Positions 53,726 to 64,000 of a DNA stretch of 64,000 nt are shown here, in pieces; the stretch's first letter is position 1; each line of letters opens with the position of its first letter. A program made the translations under genes and the position numbers. Source of the DNA: Octopus vulgaris (Eukaryota); the NCBI GenBank assembly GCA_951406725.2, contig OX597823.1, positions 2,294,001 through 2,358,000 on the forward strand. Reading direction: 5' to 3'. The notes below the pieces were generated by a model. The model was given only the letters and a program-made list of their open reading frames with translations. It was not told the origin of the DNA and did not search any database.

Positions 53726-56700
53726 TTATTTATTAATACATTTAAAACAAAATTAGTGACAAAAAAAAAATAAGAAGAGAAATTAATTATATAATGAGAC
53801 ATTATTACTGTTTGTGTGTCATGTTATTTATTCTTACTGTCATTGTAAAGGTTGTGAGCTGGCAGAGTCATTAGCCTGCCTGGCGAAATGCTTCAAATTC
53901 TGAGTTCAAATTCTGCTGAGGCCAACTTTCTAAAATTGGACTACAAAATTGGTTGCTGTACAGATGTTGCAGGAACAATTCAGAATTAGCATTGAAGCTG
54001 TGGCGCTGTTGGTGTGGATAACTGTCAACGGTCGAAGTCCGGCCACATGGTGAATATTGCAGTGAAAGAATGTGAATAGCAAAGGAAAAGTTTTCAACGA
54101 CGTTGCCAAAAGTTGTCAGCCAGGATTGAGACACAAGTTCAAAACTGGAATTGGAATTAATCCCTAGTGATTTGAATGCAAATCCTCTGACGTCGGTTCT
54201 CTTTCTATATTTTTATTGTTTTGAGAATAGTCCATTATGGAATATTCTAACGGTGGGGGTCACCAATCTTAGTGAGAGAGATAGTTGTTCACCAGTTTAG
54301 TAGGAGAGGTGTTCAGTGTGAGAAAATGAAATTATCAGAAGGCATTTTTGGGGGTGATTAACATAACAGAGATTTATTTAAAGTGGGGATAACACAGTGT
54401 ATCAAATAAACAAAGATAATTATGATTTCCACTTGTGTATAAGGATGTGTGCGACAATAGAAATAACGACCTGCTGGAGAGATGCTGGCAGAGGAAAGCA
54501 AAGTTAATGAGCAGTAAATATCCATGTGTTGTGTGAAAGAGAAAATGCAATAAGCTGTCTCCAGGTGAGTGTATAAGAAACCAATCAGTGTGTCGTTCTG
54601 TGTGACCGAAGTCAGTGGACAGTTGACGATCGCTTGTCAACTTTCCAGCTTCTAAGTTTCCGTGCCCTTCGGCTGGGCAGAGGTCGTCCTGTGTATCCCT
54701 CCGCCACTAGCTTTTAAAGGGCAGAGGAGTGCAGTACCAGTGTATTGTTGTCCAGGGGCGAAATAGTTTGGTTGCCCTTCTACAACTTCATTACCCCTCA
54801 AAATGGCTGGTCTTGTTCCAAAATAAGAAAGCACCATTGCTATCATTACATATTGTGTTCTATGAATAATTATTATCTATTGGTCAATATGATAATAGGT
54901 TGATACCAGTTATATCCATGTAACATACGAGTATCTGGTTATGAGACATTTTAGCACAGTTCCTTTGGTGCTGCTTATTTTGGTGTCACCGATTCCATAC
55001 TGACATCAGATGGTTTGCTGCTTCTCTTGTTCTACCCCTACATCTGTGTGTATTTGTGAAGGCACGTGGCTTGGGGGTCAGGGGATATTCGGCTCAGGAT
55101 TGTAAGGTCAGGAGTTCAATTTCCAGTGGTGTGTTCTGTCCTTGAGCAAGACACTTTATTCCACATTGCTGTAATTCAAAGGGGACAGGTTTGTCTGTGG
55201 AATACTCAGCCACCTTTGATCAGATCAACTGGAATCCTCATCATCGTAACCAACAGAGGGCCAGTTATATTTGCCAAAATGAGCCCAGTCACCTCATTGC
55301 AGTGTCTCCTAGATAGACGTGTCCCTTGCTAAAAGTGATTGCAATCATTGTTTTCACCCATTGTTGAACACAATCACTTTAGGCCTCTTCTTCTCTTCTT
55401 TTCTCTCTCTCTCTCTCTCTCTCCTATTTACATTTATGGCACCTGCTACAATCATCATCATCATCATCATCACCATATTAATAAGGTGACAAGCTGGCAG
55501 AATTGTTAGCACTGCTGGGCAAAATGCTTATCGACATTTTGTCCATCTTCACATTTTGAGTTCAAATTCTACCAAGGTCAGTTTTGCCTTTCATGCTTTC
55601 ATGGTCAATAGAATAAGTACTAGTTGCACACTGGGGTCCTTGTAATCGATATAATCCCTCCCCTGAAATTGCTGGCCTTGTGCTAAAATTTGAATGCAGT
55701 ATTATTTTTCTATATTTATAAAAGTACAACGATAATAAATCATGTTGAATAAAATTTTGGTTTTTATTTCTTTCTTCATGGAGATTAAACTGTTTTTGAT
55801 CCATTTTTTCTTTCTTTCTTTTTTTTTCTTTGCCAAAATGGGTGGGCTGATTAATGAATGAATAATATTGTTAAAAGGCCACAAATAATTGAAGTCATAG
55901 CAACAGAGAGACTGAACTGTAACCATGGAGAAATGGGAAATTCTAATGCCAAAGAACATTTAATGGTTGAGGTGTTTTAATTCTAAGAGTAACGTGGAGT
56001 AGAAGTCAGTGTGTAACAAAGTGTTTAGTAAATTATTCAACAGATGTGAGTTACTGTGTTAGAACTAAAAATGAATTGTAATTAATCATTATGAGTAGCA
56101 ATAACTTTTTGAATTATGTTTTAACCCTTTTGGTACCAACCCGAGACCAACGCCTCTGCTTCTCTCCTACAAACTTGCTCTTTTCAAATGATGGGAATTA
56201 AACCCTTTTCCATCAAAATTTCATATTTATTTATGTTCCAAACTCCATCCTAAGGATAACGAAGCTATTTTTACTAATTTCTTCAATATTTTCAGTATAT
56301 AGGTGCAGGCATGGCTGTGTTGTAAAAAGCTTGCTTCCCAACCACATGGTTCTGGGTTCAATCTCACTGTGTTCAATCTCACTGTTGGGCAAATGTCTTC
56401 TACTATAGTGTCGGATTGACCAAAGCCTTATGGCTATATTTGGTAAGACAGAAACTGAAAGAAGCCTGTCATATATTTATGGCAAATAAAGTGAGGTCAC
56501 AGCTGTAACCTGCACCAGTGTCACATAACCAACCAACTCAAAAGTACCCTTGGATTGTAGGGCAACATGCTGTGCTTGAGGTGACCTATTGAGTCAAGTA
56601 CATCAGCATCAAATCACAATCAAAAGAAAAGTGAGGTTGTGGTCCCTGTGCCGGTAGCACGTGAAAAGCCCCATCCAAATGTGGCTGATGCCAGCACCGC

Positions 56701-56956
56701 CTTGACTGGCACGTAAAAAGTGTCATCCGATCGTGGTTGATGCCAGTGCCACCTGACTGGCCCCTGTACCGGTGGCATGTAAAAAGCACCCACTACACTC
56801 TCGGAGTGGTTGATGTTAGGAAGGGTATCCAGCTGTAGAAACACTGCCAGATCAGATGAGTCTAGTGCAGCCTCCTGGCTTTCCAGACCCCAGTTGAACC
56901 GTCCAACCCATGCCAGCATGGAAAACTGACGTTAAACAATGATGATGATATATATA

Positions 56957-57137
56957 CAGTGTACCTCTGCTTATTTGCGGTTCAGCATTCGCAGTCCCAG
57001 TTATTCACAGGTCTAATAATTTCTCACAGAAACTGCTGCATATTTGTGGAATCATAAATATTGTTTGTGATTTTTTTAATGGTTTTTTTTTTAATTTCAT
57101 GGCATACATATTTTTTCACACTTTTTAAGTCTAAATT

Positions 57138-57168
<31 letters not shown>

Positions 57169-59340
57169 TGCTGTATTTGCCAGCACACAACACCAAACTG
57201 AACATTAATTTTATACCAGTGCTTTTCTTTTTAAATCAATGCTACATTTTGATCACAGACATTGTTCATTTCAACAGGATCATTTCTAAGGTTGGGAGCC
57301 AACATAGCCTCATTGAAATTAGGTTACTTACTGGTCCCCCCCTCTCTCTCTCTCATTAGTATAGTATAGATTACCGTATCTAATGGTAATACAAACTAAA
57401 TATTTCAAAACCATGATTATTTTTAATCTCTGCTCAATCTCCCATTGGTGGTATGCACGTATCAGATTTTTTTGTAGGTTCTTTTTTTTTTGGGGGGGGG
57501 GGCTGCATCCAGTCACTCTCTCCAGTATTTTGTTGAGTGCTGTGGTTTTTGCAGCGTATTATTAAAGCCCTAAAATGCTGCCCAAACGTCCTACCCCTTT
57601 TAAGGCTTCTGGCAGTGAACCTAAGTGCTAGAAAAAGATTATGACACTCCATAAGAAGGGACAACTGCTGAATATGTTCTGGGAAAGTAAAGTTATGCTG
57701 CAGTAGGTCACTATTATGTTGTCAACGAAAGCACCATACACTACATAAAGAAGAAGAAGGTGGCGATCAGTACTACCGTAGCAGTAAGTTTCTGTGAAAG
57801 TGCCAAAAGAGATAACGACAGTGAGAAACAAGCACCTTCTCAGGATGGAATCTACCTTGGCATTGTGGATCAGTGACTGCAAGAAGAAAAACATCCCCTT
57901 GAGTGGTAACATCATCTGCGAGAAAGCGTGGAAATTATAGCAGCAGTTTGAGAGAGGAGACGGAGCAGAAGGCACCAAAGAATCGCATCCAGGACCATTG
58001 ACAGCACCAGAGCCCGAAGATTTTCAAACCAGCAAAGGATGGTTTGACTGTTCCTAGAAACAGTTTAAAATAAAGTGTGTTTCCTTGCATGGAGAGACAG
58101 CATCAGCCGACAGAGAAGCCACCAAAATGTACTTCAAGGACAAGGGATACAAGCCAAAACAGGTTTTCAATATGGCTGAGACTGGTTTGTTCTGGAAGAA
58201 GACGCCTTCCAGAACATGCATCAGGAAGGACAAAGCCAGAGCCCCAGGATTTAAGGCAGAGAAGGACAGAGTGATGCTGATTATGTATGGCAATGCTGCT
58301 GGCTTCATGATAAAACCAAGACTCATCTACAAGTCTGCAAACCCAAGGGCCTTCAAAAATAAGAATAAAAACCTGTTACCTGTCTACTGGATGCACAACC
58401 CCGAAGGCCTGGATTATCAAAAGTCTAACCTTGAATTGGTTCCACCAATACTTCATCCCTCAAGCCAAGGAATACCTCCAAACTGTTTGCATGGAATTCA
58501 AGGTGCTGTTTGTTATGGACAATGCTGGTGGTCACTCTTTGGATTTGAATCACGAGGGAGTCCAAGTCAAGATCCTCCCTGCCAACACCACATCCCTCAT
58601 CCAGCCTATGGATCAAGGTATGATCCATGCTTTCAAGGCACTTTACACTCAGAACTCTCTCCTTGTGGATGCAATGGATTCAGACAAGAAATTCAAGTTA
58701 AAGGAGTACTGGCATAACTTCATGATCACAGCCTGCCTGTCAGTCATCCACACTGCTCTTAAAGACATGAAAAAGAAACCCTCATCATATGCTAGAAGGT
58801 GTGGCCAGAGTGTGTCCAGGACTACGAGGGTTTCTCACCTGAAGATATTCAGCACAAGACTGTCAACAATGCGGTGAAACTGTCAAGGGTACTTGGGGAA
58901 GAAGTTTTTGACATTATGCAAGATTTTTTGGAGTTATCAAAGTCTGCCAGCGAAGAGTAGAAGGAAGCACCAATTCCAGCAGAAAAGAAGGATGAGGTGG
59001 GCTTAGCAATTGAACATCTGTCTGCCCTTTTAAGGACAGCAAAGGAATTGGAAGGGAAAGCAGAAGCATGGGATCCCTATATGGTTCAGTCTCTCCAGTT
59101 TCAAAATGCCATTGATGCTGCCATGCAGACATATAAAACCTCTCCTCACCACCATGAAGAAACGATGACTGCAACTTCCCATCACAATGTTCCTGAAACC
59201 CATCGAGAAAGCCTTGCATGAAGATACGACGACATCCCCTGAAACACCTGAAGAAGAGGCATCACCTGAAGAGCTTTAAATTTTCTTTGCTGCGAGGTCA
59301 TTACCTTCATTATTTTCATCATCATCGTCTTAAATCAATA
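56957..59340 (+). mobile_element. Tigger/pogo transposon, decayed
   Basis: TA then the CAGTGTACCTCTGCTTATTTGCGG terminus; ATG at 57575. Motifs SKGWF, VFNMAETGLFWKK, MDNAGGH and LPANTTSLIQPMDQG. Many stops and frameshifts. Confidence 0.88.
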
Positions 59341-60216
59341 TCATTCATTATTCGTGAGTAAAACATACATTTTACTCTATTTTTTATTAAATTATTATTA
59401 AATATTATCTATCTCTCTCTCTCTATATATATATATATATAAAATCAAATCAAATCAAATCAAATCAAACCAAATCAAAATAGATGAACATCAATGGAAT
59501 TTGTATCTTTGTGGTACCAGTGCCGGTGGCACATAAGAAAGCCATCTGAACGTGGCCATAGCCAGTCCCGCATCGACTGGCCTCCGTGCTGTGGGCACGT
59601 AACAAACACCATCCGATCGTGGCCATTCGCCAGCCTCGTCTGGCACCTGTGTCGGTGGCAAATAAAAAACACCATCCGAGCGTGGCCGTCTGCCAGCCTC
59701 GTCTGGCACCTGTGTCGGTGGCACATAAAAGCACCCTCTACATTCTCGGAGTGGTTGGCGTTAGGAAGGGCATCCAGCTGTAGAAACACTGCCAGATCTG
59801 ACTGGGTCTGGTGCAGCCTTCAGGCTTGCCAGACCCCAGTTGAACCGTCCAACCCATGCTAGCATGGAAAGCGGACGTTAAACGATGAACAATATATGTG
59901 TGTGACTTGCCTGGAAGCACAGTCAGTTTGATTACATACTCAGAAGATAGTGACTGAATGGCATAAATGGTAGGGCAGCAGACCAAATATGTTGCAGTGT
60001 ATATTTGTCTCTCACCACCACTTGAGAATCAGAGTTAGATCGTTTATGTCCCCACAACTTAACAGTTTGGCAAAAGAGACCTACAAAATAAGTGCCAGAT
60101 TTTAATTTTAAAAATTATTTACTGGGGTCGATATATTCATCTAAACCCTTCAAGGTGGTACCTCAGCTTGGCTGCAATCCAATGACTGAAACAAATAAGA
60201 TAGAATATATGTAGTG

Positions 60217-60448
60217 CAGTGGTTTTCAACCAGGGTTCCGCCAGTACCGTGCAGGGGTTCCGCAAGAAGTTACAAAACTGCTAAAATCGGCAGTAATTTT
60301 TAAGTCTCCTGTGCAGATATGTGTGCATAAGACTATTAAATTATTGCACAGGGGTTCCTCGAGCCAGTGGAATGTTTCCTTGGGGTTCCTCGAGCCAGTG
60401 GAATGTTTCCTTGGGGTTCCACTCCAGCAAAAAGTTTGAAAAGCACTG
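60217..60448. mobile_element. hAT/Charlie-type MITE
   Basis: TIRs CAGTGGTTTTCAAC / TTTGAAAAGCACTG with a perfect 8-bp TSD ATGTAGTG (60209-16 and 60449-56). Internal 30-bp tandem duplication. Confidence 0.88.
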
Positions 60449-61904
60449 ATGTAGTGACACTAATTATGAACATCATCAACATGGCTGAAGAGAAAATACC
60501 TTGCAGTTGAAAAACTTTGGTCATTTGAGATTACCCAAACAATTTGTAGACAAAAAGCTTTCTCTGGAGAGAGTTTAAAATTTAAAATCAGTTTATAACA
60601 CAGTGTCTGTTAGATTTTAACTTGATTAGAGAAATGTTGTGGCCGTTGCCAGCCTCGTCTGGTCTCCGTGGTGGTGGCACGTAAAAAGCACCCACTGCAC
60701 TCATGGAGTGGTTGGCGTTAGGAAGGGCATCCAGTCGTAGAAACACTGCCAGATACGACTGGGCCTGGGGCAGCCTTCTGGCTTCACAGACCCCAGTTGA
60801 ACCGTCCAACCCATGCTAGCATGGAAAGCGGACGTTAAATGATGATGATGATGATATATATATATATATAGGCGCAGGAGTGGCTGTGTGGTAAGTAGCT
60901 TGCTTACCAACCACATGGTTTCGGGTTCAATCCCACTGCGTGGCATCTCGGGCAAGTGTCTTCTGCTATAGCCTCGGGCCGACCAATGCCTTGTGAGTGG
61001 ATTTCGTAGACGGAAACTGAAAGAAGCCTGTCGTATATATGTATATATATATGTATGTGTATATGTTTGTGTATCTGTATTTGTCCCCCCACCATCGCTT
61101 GACAACCGATGCTGGTGTGTTTACGTCCCCGTCACTTAGCGGTTCGGCAAAAAAGAGACCGATAGAATAAGTACTGGGCTTACAAAGAATAAGTCCCGGG
61201 TCGATTTGCTCGACTAAAGGTGGTGCTCCAGCATGGCCGCAGTCAAATGGCTGAAACAAGTAAATGAGTAAATATATATATATAATAATAATAAAATTAT
61301 ATATAAATATATGCATGTATACATACATATATGTACATACCTACATCTATATGTATATATACATGCAAATATGGGTAGAGGACATCAAAATTCCTTGAGT
61401 TGTATGTCTTGTGCTCTGTTCTTTCGTTGTTTGAAAAATAGTTCGATTTCATGTTTTCGTTTCTATGTTTTCGTTCCTCATTGTGTTCAACGTTTTTTTG
61501 ATGTCCTGTACCCATATAGATATAGATGTAGATATGTACATATATATTTATATATTTTATTATTATATGATCGAACGCCACACATCCTTTTCCAAGTAAG
61601 TTTATATATATATCTATATATATATATCATCATCGTTTAACGTCAGCTTTCCATGCTAGCATGGATTAGACTATTTGACTGAGAACTGGTGAACCAGGCT
61701 CCAATCTGATCTGGCAGAGTTTCTACAGCTGGATGCCCTTCCTAATGCCAACCACTCCAGGAGTGTAGTTGGTGCTTTTACGTGCCACTCACACGAGGGC
61801 CAAACAGGCAGTTCTGGCAACGGCCACACTCAAATGTTGTTTTTTACGTGTAACCTGCACAGGAGCCAGTCCAGCGGCACTGGCAACGACCTCACTCAAA
61901 TATT

Positions 61905-62018
61905 TTTTATCAGTATCATTATCATTATCATTATTATTATTATCATTATTGTTGTTATTATTATTATTATTAGGATTATTATTATTCTTATTATCATTAT
62001 CTTTATTATTATTATTTA

Positions 62019-62054
<36 letters not shown>

Positions 62055-62600
62055 TATTATTGTTATTATTACTATTATTATTGTTGTTATTATTACTATT
62101 ATTATTGTTGTTATTTTTATTATCATTATTAATATTATTATTATTATTATTGTTATAATTATTATTATTATTATCATAATCATTATCATTATTATTATTA
62201 TTATCATTATCATTCTCACTATCATTATTATTTTTAATATTATTATTATTTTTCTTATTATTATTGTTATTGTTGTTGTTATTGTTATTATTATTATTAT
62301 CATTATTATTATTAATAATATTATTATTAATATTATTATTATATTAATACTATTATTATTGTTGTTGTTGTTGTTATTATTATTATGATAATTATCATTC
62401 TTCTTATTATTATTATCATTATCATTATTATTATTATTATCATTATTATTATCATCATCATTTTTATTATTATTTATGATTATTATTATTATTATTATCA
62501 TTATTATCATTATCATTATTATCATTATCGTTATCATTATTATTATTATTATTATTACTATTATCATTATTATTATTCTTAATATTATTATTATTGTTAT
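61905..62600. repeat. Degenerate (ATT)n microsatellite
   Basis: About 700 bp of ATT/ATC/GTT triplets; the poly-I, poly-L and poly-N ORFs here are artefacts. Confidence 0.95.
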
Positions 62601-63344
62601 TGAGTGAGCGAGCAGAGCATGCCATCAAAGTGACACTGGGGTAAAATATACGAAGCCCCATATACCCATCATGACTGCCCGTCTGATAAGGGTACACCAG
62701 GCACATGCATCACAACCATATGTGCGCGACATGGTGATCTCATATCAAGATAAACAGCACATGACCTTGAAGGTTGGACCCAGTTAGAATTTTCTTCAGG
62801 TTGAGTAGCCCATCCCGCTCAAAAGGTCCCTGAATAAGGGTTGTTTAAGGATGTTGAACGAACTGCCCATGCTTCCAGTGGTGAATTATTCAAATCCCAA
62901 ACAATCCCTCTCAACACATGGCTAAGATGCTCCCCCACTACTTCTGCTCGTGATCAGAGATGCACATATCGTCAGCCACTAAGGGACATGCTCAACTGGT
63001 TAAGGTCAAACAATTGACAAGCAAATATGTGGTATTGAGCAGAATATTTGCTGTAGCCCATCTTTTATACCAAGACAAAATAATGTACATGATAACACTT
63101 CCAATCAGTTAAGATCAGAAGCCATTATTATTGATTGATTGATTCTAGTTTCAGCTCATGAGCTGTGGCCATGCTGATCATTATTATTATTACTATTAAT
63201 ACTATTCTTCTTCTTCATCTTATTATTATTATTAATATTATTATTATTATTATTATTATCATTATCACTATTATTATCATTATCAATATTATTATTATTC
63301 ATATTATTATTATTATTATTATCATTATCATTGATCTCTTGCGG

Positions 63345-64000
63345 CACCGTCTTTGATCACTGTCGGCACCCTCTTTGATCTCTTTCGGCACCATCTTTGA
63401 TATATGTCGGCACCCACTTTGATCTCTGTCGACAGGCTCTTTGATCTCTTTCGGCACCATCTTTGATATATGTCGGCACCCTCTTTGATCTCTGTCGGCA
63501 CTCCTCTTTAATCTCGGTCGGCTCGCTCTTCAATCTCTGTCGACACCCTCTTCGATATCTGTCGGCAACCCCTTTGATCTCTGTCGGCACCCTCTTTGAT
63601 CTCTGTCGGCGCCCACTTTGATCTTTGTCGGCACTCCTCATTGATCTCTGTCGGCACGCTCTTAGATATGTGGAATGTCAGGAATGACTGGAATGTCTGG
63701 AATATCTGTCGGCACCCTCTTTGATCTCTGTCGGCACTCCTCTTTAATCTCTCGGCACGATCTTTGATCTCTGTCGGCACTCCACTTTAATCTATGTCGA
63801 CTCGCTATTTGATCTCTATCGGCACCCTCTTTGATCTGTCGGCACATTCTATGATCTCTGTCGGGTCCTCTTTGATCTCTGTCGGCACTCCTCTTTAATC
63901 TCTGTCGGCTCGCTCTTTGATCTCTGTCGGCACCCTCTTTGATCTCTGTCTGCCCCCACTTTGACCTCTGTCGGTACTCCTCTTTAATATCTGTCGGCAG
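63345..64000. repeat. ~21-bp minisatellite array (CCTCTTTGATCTCTGTCGGCA), running off the window end
   Basis: About 30 diverged units, interrupted by a short (GGAATGTCT)n tract at ~63670-63705. Confidence 0.92.

Overview
This is eukaryotic, AT-rich DNA dense in microsatellites and SINEs. The repeat landscape points to a cephalopod, most likely Octopus (inferred, not database-checked). One intact host gene is present: a 7-exon FAAP100 (Fanconi anaemia core complex 100 kDa subunit) orthologue on the + strand, 18273-33427, 833 aa, with GT-AG introns whose phases match at every junction. The rest is mostly transposon remains: tRNA-derived SINEs, two Tc1 relics (one DD35E, one apparently intron-bearing), mariner, Tigger/pogo, Merlin, Helitron pieces, hAT and Mutator-like MITEs, and RTE, RLE-type and Penelope fragments. 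The main discovery is a near full-length but frameshifted Tx1/L1-clade LINE on the - strand. It is bracketed on both sides by diverged ~270-bp direct repeats. Each repeat carries a type I hammerhead ribozyme fold with the rare compensatory U3:A8 core (UUGACAA), covarying stem II and a palindromic mini stem III. Two other hammerhead-like families occur elsewhere in the window. All structures were read by eye; no activity is demonstrated.
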